Shown: piece by piece, positions 55,354-64,000 of the stretch
Layout: every line of letters begins with the position of its first letter
Position numbering within the stretch: position 1 is the first letter of the stretch
NCBI GenBank assembly: GCA_964617735.1
Contig: CAZTXT010000001.1
Span: 532,776-596,775, forward strand
From: an uncultured Candidatus Saccharibacteria bacterium
Lineage (GTDB): Bacteria; Patescibacteriota; Minisyncoccia; Phycocordibacterales; DSPV01
Direction of reading: 5' to 3'
DNA: 64,000 nt
Notes under the pieces: generated by a model
Told to the model about the DNA's origin: nothing
Database searches by the model: none
Seen by the model: the letters and a program-made list of their open reading frames with translations, nothing else
Made by a program: the position numbers and the translations under genes

Positions 55354-56604
55354 TTGGCTATGTCGAGGAAGAGCAAAATCTCAACGGAGAGCTACAAAGG
55401 CGTCCGCGATTTCTATCCCCATGATATGTTCATCGAGAACTATATCTTCACGGTCATGCGAAAAACAGTGGAGCGATTCGGCTATGTCGAGTACGGCGCT
55501 TCCATACTCGAACCCGCAGAATTGTACCGGTCAAAGACCAACCAAGAGATCGTCAATGAGCAGACCTACACCTTCACTGACCGCGGCAAGCGCGAAGTCA
55601 CCTTGCGTCCGGAAATGACGCCGACGCTCGCACGCATGATCGCCGGCAAGCACCGAGAGCTCGCTTTTCCCTTGCGCTGGTACTCCGTTCCCAACGTATT
55701 TCGCTACGAGCGTCCTCAGCGCGGCCGCCTGCGCGAACATTGGCAGCTCAATGCCGATATCTTTGGGGTCTCGAGCAGCGAAGCGGAAGTAGAGATCATT
55801 GCACTGGCGTATGCGATCATGCGGAAGTTCGGCGCCGGGGTGGATGATTTCCAAATACGCATCAATAGTCGGAAATTGCTCCAAGAGTACCTACAAGGAC
55901 GGCTCATCAACAAAGATCTCTACGAAGATGCGATCCGGCTCATCGATAGGAAGGATAAGATTCCGGCAAAAGAATTCGAAACGAGCTGGAAAAAACTCTC
56001 GAACGAATCGTTCGCCTTAAATCTCTCTGCGGATGAGATGGTAGCGGACATCATCGCAAAGCTCAATGCGCAAGGAATACACAACGTCGTCTTTTGGCCA
56101 ACCCTCACCCGCGGTTTTGATTACTATACCGGCGTCGTGTTTGAGGTTTTCGATACCAATGCAGAGAACGGACGATCCCTCTTTGGCGGCGGGCGATACG
56201 ATGATTTACTCGAGCTCTTCGGCGAAAAGCCGATACCCGCGGTAGGCTTCGGCATGGGAGACGTCACGCTGCGTGATTTCCTGGAACTTCACGCTCTCTT
56301 GCCTGCATACCGACCCACCACGGACGCGTATCTCATACCCGTCTCTCCGGTTGACCAGAGCGCTGCGCTCTCGGTCGCAGACGTGCTCCGAAAACTCGGA
56401 CTTAACATCGCCGTCGATCTCTCGGATAAAAAGGTCGGTGACCGGGTCAAGCTGGCAGACCGTAATGCGATACCATTCGTCATCTTCGTCGGTGAGGCAG
56501 AAGTCTCAAGTGGGCTCTACAAATGCAAAAATCTCAAAACCCGTGAGGAAAGGACTGGAAGCACCGAAGAGATCGCACGGATCATCAAAGACTCTCGTGC
56601 GTAA
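55354..56604 (+). CDS. hisS: histidine--tRNA ligase
   Basis: Class II motifs and GGGRYDDL. Confidence 0.85.
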   Translation: MAMSRKSKISTESYKGVRDFYPHDMFIENYIFTVMRKTVERFGYVEYGASILEPAELYRSKTNQEIVNEQTYTFTDRGKREVTLRPEMTPTLARMIAGKHRELAFPLRWYSVPNVFRYERPQRGRLREHWQLNADIFGVSSSEAEVEIIALAYAIMRKFGAGVDDFQIRINSRKLLQEYLQGRLINKDLYEDAIRLIDRKDKIPAKEFETSWKKLSNESFALNLSADEMVADIIAKLNAQGIHNVVFWPTLTRGFDYYTGVVFEVFDTNAENGRSLFGGGRYDDLLELFGEKPIPAVGFGMGDVTLRDFLELHALLPAYRPTTDAYLIPVSPVDQSAALSVADVLRKLGLNIAVDLSDKKVGDRVKLADRNAIPFVIFVGEAEVSSGLYKCKNLKTREERTGSTEEIARIIKDSRA

Positions 56605-57172
56605 GGTAGTTTTCGATATCGAAACACAGAACTTCTTCCACGAAACCGGTTCGACGGACCCGGCGTCGCTCTCGATAGCGTGCGTCTGCATCCATGATTC
56701 CGAGACAAACAAATATCTAAGCTTCAAAGAAGACGAACTCAAGAATCTCTGGCCTATACTCGAGAAAACCGATCTGCTCATCGGCTTCAACTCCGATCAC
56801 TTCGATATCCCGCTTCTTGATAAGTATTACACCGGAGATCTCACAAAGATAAAGAGTTTAGACCTTTTAAAAGAAGTGAAGAAAGTCCTTGGGCATCGCC
56901 TAAAACTCGACACACTCGCTGAAGCCACCTTGGGAAGACGCAAAACCGCGGATGGCCTTGCCGCAGGGCTTTGGTGGAAAAACGGAGAATATCAGAAAGT
57001 CATAGACTACTGCATCGAGGACGTCCGTATCACAAAAGACATCTATGACTACGCGATGGAGAACGGTAAACTAAAATACCGCGACGGCAAGATGCTTCGC
57101 GATATTCCACTCGATACATCGAAATGGGAGAAAAAAGAGGAGAGCGCGATGACACACACCCTCCCCTTCTAG
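56597..57172 (+). CDS. DEDD-family 3'-5' exonuclease (RNase H-like fold)
   Basis: VVFDIET Exo I motif, followed by FNSDHFDIP and CIEDVR-like Exo II/III motifs. GTG start overlaps the hisS stop. Confidence 0.55.
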   Translation: MRKVVFDIETQNFFHETGSTDPASLSIACVCIHDSETNKYLSFKEDELKNLWPILEKTDLLIGFNSDHFDIPLLDKYYTGDLTKIKSLDLLKEVKKVLGHRLKLDTLAEATLGRRKTADGLAAGLWWKNGEYQKVIDYCIEDVRITKDIYDYAMENGKLKYRDGKMLRDIPLDTSKWEKKEESAMTHTLPF

Positions 57173-57405
57173 ACATATTGTCGTTTATTACTTGCTAGTC
57201 AAAGACGACGCCATGGGCACCCGCGAGTGAGCGAGCGCGCACGCGGTCTTGGATCTCGGCTTTAACTCTGAGGCTCTGTTCTACACGCAGCCTGTATCGA
57301 GCATAGACGATCCGATGAAGCGCTCTGTTGACCGCCTGAACTTCTCTTGACAGTCGTATCTTTTTCATAGAGTCCTTTCTTCTATGAAAAAGACTAACAC
57401 GACGG

Positions 57406-58125
57406 CTAAGATCCTGCGAGCCGGATGACAAGATACATCAACCCCATGCCGAGTATGGTCATGTAGGTCGTCCAACGGCGCGGATGCGTATGCTGACTCT
57501 CGGGCAAAAGATCGCTCGCACCGATGTAGAGAAAGAAGCCCGAGAAAAGGGCTAAAAGGAGACCGAGCTTGCTTTTCTCGACGCTGAAGAAGAGCGTCGA
57601 GGCAACGCCAACGATGGGGGCCAGGGCGTCTGTTAAAAGCCAGCTCATCGCCATCGTTCTGCTTGCCCCGTTTTTGAGGACAAGGTTGACCGTATTGATG
57701 CCATCAGAGAAGTCATGGACTAATACCGCCGCTGCAACGATAACGCCGAGCGCGGGAGACACTTTGAAGGCAAGACCGATACCCACTCCATCGAGAAAGC
57801 TATGGACCGAAAGGCTCCCGGCCCCGAAAATCGCCCGTCGTTTATCCCCTTCCGGCATATCATCATGGCCATGTAGGAGGATCAAACGATCGAGGATAAG
57901 ATAGGTGAGAAACCCGACGGCGATGACTGTCGCGACAAAAGAGACTTCATAGTGGTTTACCGTTATCTCGAACGCCTCGGGCATGAGGTCGAAGAAGGCA
58001 ACCCCGATGACCGCGCCGGCGCTAAAGCCGAGCACCAGATGCAAACGGTCTTTAAGGTGCAGCGCAAAGAGACCGCCGAAGAGCGTGCAAAGAAACGCTG
58101 CAGTACTTATCAAGAACAGCATCAT
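57406..58125 (-). CDS. zupT: ZIP-family metal (zinc) transporter
   Basis: Eight TM helices and an HDFSDG motif typical of ZupT. Confidence 0.7.
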   Translation of the reverse strand: MMLFLISTAAFLCTLFGGLFALHLKDRLHLVLGFSAGAVIGVAFFDLMPEAFEITVNHYEVSFVATVIAVGFLTYLILDRLILLHGHDDMPEGDKRRAIFGAGSLSVHSFLDGVGIGLAFKVSPALGVIVAAAVLVHDFSDGINTVNLVLKNGASRTMAMSWLLTDALAPIVGVASTLFFSVEKSKLGLLLALFSGFFLYIGASDLLPESQHTHPRRWTTYMTILGMGLMYLVIRLAGS

Positions 58126-58224
58126 AAAGGTTGTATACGTTATTACTATAATATACGTGGTGATCGTTTGCCAAAAGGGAAAAAGTTGCTATAATCGCTG
58201 GATCATTAACATAAACCCAATCCC

Positions 58225-59043
58225 ATGGAAGACTTGTACCAGAAGCCGAAGAATAATTTATCCGTATCCATCGCGATCGTTGTCGCTGGAGGCTTGATCG
58301 CAGCCGCGCTCTATCTCTCGCGCGGGCCTGCGGCACCGGCCAGTGCGATACAAGCGGGAACCGCTGCTCCGACGACGCAAACAGGACAGGCGGAGATATC
58401 GATCCGTCCCATCAAAAGTGAAGATCATATGCTCGGTAATCCGGCTGCGCCGCTGGCACTCGTGGTATTCACCGATCTCGAATGCCCCTTCTGTAAAGAC
58501 TTCCATACAACTCTGGGAAAAGTCGCAGACACGTATGGCAAGAATGGCAGCGTACTATGGGTGTACCGGAATTTCCCACTGGCCCAATTGCATAGCCGCG
58601 CGCCCAAAGAAGCCGAAGCTGCAGAATGCGCCGATGAGCTGGGAGGAAGAGAGGCTTACTGGGCATTCGTCAACGATGTCTTCAAAACGACGACTTCTAA
58701 TGATACGCTCGACCCCGCCGAGCTTCCCCGGATCGCCCGCCGGGCAGGTCTGGACGTGACTAAATTCAACGCATGCCTCTCGAGCGGAAAATATACGGAG
58801 AAAGTACAGGCTGATTATGATGAGGCAGTCGCCGCAGGTGGACAAGGTACCCCATTCTCCGTCTTCGTCCTCAACAGACCGATCAGTGATAGCGCTGTGA
58901 ATTCTATAAACCAGATGATCACAACGTATCGGCTCTCCCCTGACACCTTTGTCTTCTCGAACGATAAGCAACATCTCTCGATGTCGGGTGCGCTTCCCTA
59001 TACGATGGTGCAGAAAGTCATTGACGCCCTCCTCTCAAAATAA
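58225..59043 (+). CDS. DsbA-like thiol:disulfide oxidoreductase (membrane-anchored)
   Basis: N-terminal TM and a CPFC active site in a thioredoxin fold. Confidence 0.7.
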   Translation: MEDLYQKPKNNLSVSIAIVVAGGLIAAALYLSRGPAAPASAIQAGTAAPTTQTGQAEISIRPIKSEDHMLGNPAAPLALVVFTDLECPFCKDFHTTLGKVADTYGKNGSVLWVYRNFPLAQLHSRAPKEAEAAECADELGGREAYWAFVNDVFKTTTSNDTLDPAELPRIARRAGLDVTKFNACLSSGKYTEKVQADYDEAVAAGGQGTPFSVFVLNRPISDSAVNSINQMITTYRLSPDTFVFSNDKQHLSMSGALPYTMVQKVIDALLSK

Positions 59044-59073
59044 ATCCCGTTCGCCAAAACCGCACGGTTCACT

Positions 59074-62016
59074 CTAAGCCAAGAGCGAGCCGGAAGCCTC
59101 TTTAAGCGTGCACCATTCGCAATCCCGCTTACCACATCCCTGGTCAGCAAATGAGAAATCAGCGATCTGTCGCGCAACGTCCGCAGTCAGCGCGCGCAGA
59201 GCTTTCACCTCCGTATCCTCGATTGTAAATACTTCGCGTCGGTACCTGCCTCGCTCGTCGGGTTTGATGAAATCCAGCGTGCCCGTTTTCATACGCCACT
59301 TCCCTTCTACGTCCACGAGCAGTTTGTAAAATATGAGCTGGCGCTTATAGTCCCCGTTGCTCGAATTCGTTGTTCCCTCGATCTGCGCGCGAGATTTCGG
59401 GCGTCCTGTTTTATAATCGACGACATTGATTTCATTACCAGAGAGCAATTCCACCTTATCCAGCGAACCATTAAGCGTCACGTGTTTCTTCTTTCCGAGC
59501 GCAAGCGGGATCCCACCGATGCGGAACTCGTTGTAAATCGCGCGGGGGAAGTTACCTTGTCCCAGGTACCGCTTGAGCTCTCTTTTCCCTTCGGCAGCGT
59601 GACTTTCAAAGTCGCGCTGCGAGAGATGGGTGCGGCGAATATACTGCTCGAACAGATGCAGGGTCTGCGCGATGGTGATGTCTTCCTCGCGCGCATAGGC
59701 ATCAAAATATGACTTTAGTGCTGCATGAATTGCAGAGCCATAGAGAAGCGCGGGCGATTGCGACTCCGGTACTCGGATGAGATCAACGAAAAAATAACGC
59801 CAGGGGCATTCAAGAAAGTTGTTGAGGTGGGTAACGGAGAGGCCACGCTTGAAAAAGAGCGCGCGCAAATAGGCAGAGTCGGAGAGCAAGGGTGATGATA
59901 GTGATGTTTGTTTATGAACAGATGTTGGTATTGACGGGGTGAGATGCAGACGGTGCGCCTCGGCGATCTCTGCGATGAACCGTGACGGCACGCGCTCTCG
60001 CCCATCATCATCCCTCTGAAAATAGGAAATGACAGCCTCCTTCCGCGCGCGGGTGATCGCAACGTAAAATAATCGTCGCTCGTCCTCGGTCTCATGATCT
60101 TCCTCGCCGCCAAGGATCGTCAGATCAAAGAGGGAGCGTGAGCGCCGCCCTCCCCAGACGCCATCTTCGGCATGCAGGATAAAAACAGAGTTGAATTCAA
60201 GGCCCTTAGAGCGATGGGCCGTCATTACCGATACTCCTTCTGGAGCGGAGACTTCCGCGTTTATTGAGATATCATGCTCACGCGCACGGGCAAGATAGGT
60301 CACAAAATTAGCAACGGTAGCTCTCTTTTCGCGCTCGGCGTAGCGCTCCACACTTCGGAGCAGTGCACCGTAGAGGGGTAGAAGTTCATGCCCACCCGGT
60401 TGAGCGATAAGATGGCCGCTATATCCGCTCTCTCGTGCAATGCGTCCGAATCCTTCTACGAGAGACTCATTTCTGGCGATCTTTGCCCATCGGGAGAGAT
60501 CAGTAGTGAATTTCTTGAAGGGTTTGCTCTCGCGCAGGAGACGCACCAACGATGCACGTTTATGATGCCGAGCTTCCAACAACATATACACGTCATGGGG
60601 ATCCAATCCCAAAAAATCGAGGAACAATATGGGTGCAAGGCGCTCGTCAGATGGTTCTACGGAGGCCTCTAGCAACTTCAGGAATGCGTCAATACGGACG
60701 TGCGAGAGCGCATCCGCATCGGCGAACCGCGCGACCCCGATGCCGTGATCGCGCAATACGCGCTCCATTGGTTCCGCATCCTTATTCTCCCGCACCAACA
60801 CCGCGATCTCGGAGAGACTCTCTCCTGCCTTGAGACGCTTTGAGATCTCTTCGGCTACGAACGCTCGTTCGGCGCTGCGATCGGCTAGAGTTGCAACAGA
60901 TATCTTTTCTGGTTTGTGTACAGCGCGTGATATCAGTGAGACACGCAAAGACTCATCCGAGATGGGGTTGTGTACTATCAAACTATGAGCAGCATCAAGG
61001 ATGGTCTGGTTGGAACGATAATTCTCCTCAAGGGTGACGAGACGCGCCGAAGGGAACAATCTCCGAAAATACAGGAAGTTCTCTAACGATGCCCCCTGGA
61101 AGCGGAAAATCGCTTGCTTCTCATCGCCGACGATAAAAAGGTTCGGGTCTTTATGGAAGGAACTTAGCAATTCTAAGAGCCGGTTTTGCGCATTGTTCGC
61201 ATCCTGATGTTCGTCTGCGAGAATATATTGAAAGTCTTCCTGCAATTTCAAGAGTAGATTCGCATCGGATTCAAGAACACGGACACATTCCATGATCATG
61301 TCCTCGTAATCATATAGTCGTGCTTTACCCAATTTCTCTTCGTAAAGGCGGTAGACCCCGACCAGCTCACGATTCTTCTTCAACTTCTCGGCTCTCAATC
61401 GGTACTTCCCTTTTACCTCACCCGTATAGCGGCCGCTTTTATATCGCATATCGGGGACACCCGCAAGCTCTGTTTCCTGTTTCTTCACGAGTTTCCCGAA
61501 TGCTTCGGGAGAAATATTCTCTCGCTTCAAATCTTTGATGGCGGAGAGACACGGAGAAACATAGTAGGTCGGGTCGTTCTTTGGCCGAAGCTTGGCAATG
61601 TCGGCAGTGTCTAGCACTTCTTGCATCAGACGTATCTGCTCGAGTTCCTCCATGTGCTCCGAGCCGATAAGGCGCGGAAATCGATCCGGATACGTCTTAA
61701 TGATGTCATTCGCGAAACTATGGAACGTATGGATGTGCACGCGATACGCGGAAGGGCCGATAACGGTCGAAAGTTTGTCGCGCATGGCAGAAACTCCCGA
61801 TTCGGTGAAGGTCAGCGCCAAGATAGCATCGGGTTGAGTGTCATTCTTTATGATGTTCGCAATGCGCAGCGTCAGCACCGTCGTCTTGCCGGTACCTGGC
61901 CCCGCGATGACCATCACCGGCCCCTCAATGGTATCCACCGCCTCCTTTTGTTTAGCGTTGAGGCGCTTATACTGCGCCTCAAATTCAGCGTTTTTCACGC
62001 GTACAGTATACCTCAA
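59074..62016 (-). CDS. UvrD/PcrA-like superfamily 1 helicase fused to C-terminal PD-(D/E)xK (Cas4/AddB-like) Fe-S nuclease
   Basis: Walker A GPGTGKT plus SF1 motifs, and a C-terminal DYKTG...CGKRDCEWC cysteine cluster. Confidence 0.8.
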   Translation of the reverse strand: MRYTVRVKNAEFEAQYKRLNAKQKEAVDTIEGPVMVIAGPGTGKTTVLTLRIANIIKNDTQPDAILALTFTESGVSAMRDKLSTVIGPSAYRVHIHTFHSFANDIIKTYPDRFPRLIGSEHMEELEQIRLMQEVLDTADIAKLRPKNDPTYYVSPCLSAIKDLKRENISPEAFGKLVKKQETELAGVPDMRYKSGRYTGEVKGKYRLRAEKLKKNRELVGVYRLYEEKLGKARLYDYEDMIMECVRVLESDANLLLKLQEDFQYILADEHQDANNAQNRLLELLSSFHKDPNLFIVGDEKQAIFRFQGASLENFLYFRRLFPSARLVTLEENYRSNQTILDAAHSLIVHNPISDESLRVSLISRAVHKPEKISVATLADRSAERAFVAEEISKRLKAGESLSEIAVLVRENKDAEPMERVLRDHGIGVARFADADALSHVRIDAFLKLLEASVEPSDERLAPILFLDFLGLDPHDVYMLLEARHHKRASLVRLLRESKPFKKFTTDLSRWAKIARNESLVEGFGRIARESGYSGHLIAQPGGHELLPLYGALLRSVERYAEREKRATVANFVTYLARAREHDISINAEVSAPEGVSVMTAHRSKGLEFNSVFILHAEDGVWGGRRSRSLFDLTILGGEEDHETEDERRLFYVAITRARKEAVISYFQRDDDGRERVPSRFIAEIAEAHRLHLTPSIPTSVHKQTSLSSPLLSDSAYLRALFFKRGLSVTHLNNFLECPWRYFFVDLIRVPESQSPALLYGSAIHAALKSYFDAYAREEDITIAQTLHLFEQYIRRTHLSQRDFESHAAEGKRELKRYLGQGNFPRAIYNEFRIGGIPLALGKKKHVTLNGSLDKVELLSGNEINVVDYKTGRPKSRAQIEGTTNSSNGDYKRQLIFYKLLVDVEGKWRMKTGTLDFIKPDERGRYRREVFTIEDTEVKALRALTADVARQIADFSFADQGCGKRDCEWCTLKEASGSLLA

Positions 62017-62333
62017 GCTGATTCACTTTGATGTACGGCTATGCTAGGCTAACCCCAGATGAAAACTAAAATCCACCGATTCAAGCATCTCGTCGATGTG
62101 AGAACAGGAAGACCTCTCGAGATTGCTGCCCCGGCCGCTTCGCCACGCGTGTTCCCCATCACGGGGCGCCGACTGGAAAAAGGCGAGACCATACGGCGCG
62201 CCGCTTTAAAAAGTGCACAGCGGCTCATCAGAAGCCTCGAGGCTCAGCAAAAAGGACTGCCGTCCAGCGTATAAGACAACGCAACCGCCGCATCTTCGTT
62301 GAAGATGCCGCGGTTTATCTTCTCTGGATTTTC

Positions 62334-63533
62334 CTAATAGCTCTTGAGTTTAGAGGCCTTCTCGTGCTGACGAATCTTTTCGTGCGCTTTTGCCTCTATC
62401 TGACGGATTCGTTCGCGCGTAACGCCGAATTTCTGCCCAACTTCCTCAAGGGTATGCGTCACCCCATCCATAAGCCCGTGGCGCATCTCAAGGATACGCC
62501 GCTCTTTTTCTGAGAGATCGCCCAAAATCTCTTTGACCTGGTCCGCCAAAATACGGCGTGAGGATTCCTGGTCCGGGGAAAGTATCTTGTCATCGGATAC
62601 GAAATCGCCGAGCGTTGACTTGCCATCATCGCCCTCATCCCCCACCGGACTCTCGAGCGAAACCGTATCCTGGTCGATCTTTTCGATCTGATAGACCTTT
62701 TCTACATCAAGCCCCATCTCGATAGCGATTTCTTCGGGCAAAGGATCCCTACTAAGGTCCTGCGAGAGACGTCGCACCACCTGCTTGTATTTTGCGATGG
62801 TCTCGACCATATGTACGGGGACGCGGATCGTGCGCGACTGGTCAGCAAGCGCACGGGTGATAGCCTGCCTGATCCACCACGTCGCATAAGTCGAGAATTT
62901 GTAGCCTTTCGTCCAATCGAACTTATCTACCGCCTTGAAAAGTCCGAGATTCCCTTCTTGTATAAGATCGAGGAGGGTAAGGTCAGGAGAGCGGCCGACG
63001 TAGCGTTTGGCGATCGAGACGACCAAACGAAGGTTAGCCCGAGCCAAGAGATTCTTCGCTTCCATGTCCCCTTTCTCGATGCGTTTGGCGAGTTCCTTCT
63101 CATCGGATGCACCAATGAGGGGATACTGGCCGATCTCTTTGAGATACATCTGTATCGAATCATAGCCGCTGTCGGTCCGCCCGTATCCGAGTTTCTTCCC
63201 ACTGCTCTCTTCGGTGTGCAGGTCAAGCATACCCCCGCTCTCAAGCACGTCGATGCCGGCTTCGCTCAACTTCACATAGAGGTCTTCAAGGAAGACGATA
63301 TCATCTTCGATGGTCGGGAATTCCTTCAAGATCTCATCATAGGTGATGAAACCACGCTCTTTTCCGCGGGCAAGAAGTCGTGTCACTTTGTCCTCCTGCG
63401 CTTTCGCCCGTTTGGAGATCTTATCCACCGGCACCTTTTTATGCGCTGAATTCTCCTTTCTGCGCTCCTTCAGGCGCCGCTGGGGACGCGCCCGATGCAC
63501 TTGTTTCTTCGCAGTTTTCTTATTTTTTTTCAT
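62334..63533 (-). CDS. rpoD: RNA polymerase primary sigma factor (sigma-70)
   Basis: Regions 1.2 through 4 are present, including [14 protein letters not shown] and a region 4 HTH. Confidence 0.9.
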   Translation of the reverse strand: MKKNKKTAKKQVHRARPQRRLKERRKENSAHKKVPVDKISKRAKAQEDKVTRLLARGKERGFITYDEILKEFPTIEDDIVFLEDLYVKLSEAGIDVLESGGMLDLHTEESSGKKLGYGRTDSGYDSIQMYLKEIGQYPLIGASDEKELAKRIEKGDMEAKNLLARANLRLVVSIAKRYVGRSPDLTLLDLIQEGNLGLFKAVDKFDWTKGYKFSTYATWWIRQAITRALADQSRTIRVPVHMVETIAKYKQVVRRLSQDLSRDPLPEEIAIEMGLDVEKVYQIEKIDQDTVSLESPVGDEGDDGKSTLGDFVSDDKILSPDQESSRRILADQVKEILGDLSEKERRILEMRHGLMDGVTHTLEEVGQKFGVTRERIRQIEAKAHEKIRQHEKASKLKSY

Positions 63534-63539
63534 AGGGGT

Positions 63540-64000
63540 TTACGTATCAAAAGAGTATCGCTTGTGTTTTAAATCGTTGAGCCGCTTCGTCAATTCCTGG
63601 CACTGGCTTAACAATTTCCTTTTCTTCTCCTCGTTCTTCTGCGCCTCGGCCTGCGCGAGTGCGCTCATCGCCTGCCCAAGCTCCTCGGTCAAACTATCCT
63701 CCTCAAACGTATCCAAAAGCTCCGCGACTGCCGCCTCGACATGCTGATTGCCTTCGTAGTAACTCTCCGCCTGATAGATAAGCTCTTCGGAAATGGATGT
63801 CCCTTCGGCAAACAGCTGGTGGGCCGATGCCGGCCCGCGGATCCGCTCGATATTCTCTCGCAACTGCTGGGTATCGATGAGCGGTTTGTCCGCTTTATCC
63901 TGCCAGAACACAAGCCCGATCAGGAGCCGCTCGGTCAGGTTTCGCCGCGGCGTAAATGACGATTGGACCGGAGAACCGCGATCGACGGGCTTTTCGACCG
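63540..64000 (-). CDS. dnaG: probable DNA primase C-terminal region (partial, continues past window end)
   Basis: The open frame continues upstream beyond 64000 with no stop. The helical, acidic C-terminal domain sits immediately upstream of rpoD, the classic dnaG-rpoD arrangement. Confidence 0.4.
   Translation of the reverse strand, partial: VEKPVDRGSPVQSSFTPRRNLTERLLIGLVFWQDKADKPLIDTQQLRENIERIRGPASAHQLFAEGTSISEELIYQAESYYEGNQHVEAAVAELLDTFEEDSLTEELGQAMSALAQAEAQKNEEKKRKLLSQCQELTKRLNDLKHKRYSFDT

Noticed and set aside
57195-57431. 78-aa arginine-rich minus-strand ORF between the exonuclease and ZIP transporter genes
   Set aside because: No recognisable motif and low-complexity basic composition; it may be a real small protein but cannot be supported.
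1-64000. CRISPR arrays, integrases, transposases, rRNA genes
   Set aside because: I looked for regularly spaced direct repeats, tyrosine/serine recombinase motifs (R..HxxR..Y, or the S-rich N-terminal resolvase domain), DDE transposase patterns and rRNA-like conserved blocks. None was seen.

Overview
This window looks like a gene-dense bacterial chromosome segment. Several features (a dcw cluster without murE, a ProRS lacking the INS editing domain, two mreB copies, a giant secreted repeat protein) resemble small-genome, possibly Patescibacteria/CPR-like lineages, but that placement is inference only.

Recognisable housekeeping content:
- A compact dcw cluster on the minus strand: mraZ-rsmH-ftsL-ftsI-murF.
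- lysS, greA, an mrdA-mreD-mreC-mreB rod-shape operon plus a second stand-alone mreB, and an INS-less proS.
- rseP, frr, a holB-like gene, priA-def-fmt, hpf, hisS, a dnaG(partial)-rpoD pair, an ECF sigma/anti-sigma pair, and two two-component systems.
- A complete cyoABCDE bo3-type quinol oxidase / heme O synthase operon.

The most striking feature is a tRNA-Asn(GUU) gene on the minus strand at 46499-46786. It is split in its anticodon loop by a 216-nt ORF-less group I intron with clear R/S core elements (GUAGAGACUAGA, GAUAUAGUCC).

Left of that tRNA (about 41.9-46.4 kb) lies a compositionally patchy accessory region:
- a small HNH nuclease with a perfect 9-bp palindrome just upstream of its start;
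- a terminator-bounded small basic ORF;
- an M23-peptidase C-terminal remnant (pseudogene);
- an NYN-domain protein and several orphan ORFs.

Right of the tRNA is a secretion/protease cluster: an orphan OmpR-type wHTH protein, a subtilisin, a lipoprotein, and a 1277-aa HExxH metallopeptidase with IPT and three tandem Ig-like repeats.

Other oddities:
- a PriA homologue with degenerate Walker A/B motifs;
- an XRE-HTH::MurA fusion;
- a GT4::(alpha/alpha)6-like fusion next to a GH130/DUF377-like gene;
- a UvrD-like helicase fused to a Cas4-like Fe-S nuclease;
- a frameshifted small membrane-protein gene;
- a structured about 450-nt non-coding region at the window start.

No CRISPR array, integrase, transposase or rRNA gene was seen. 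All calls rest on motif recognition by eye. Most coordinates come from the ORF track; start sites and the hand-derived tRNA/intron, terminator and pseudogene coordinates are approximate.
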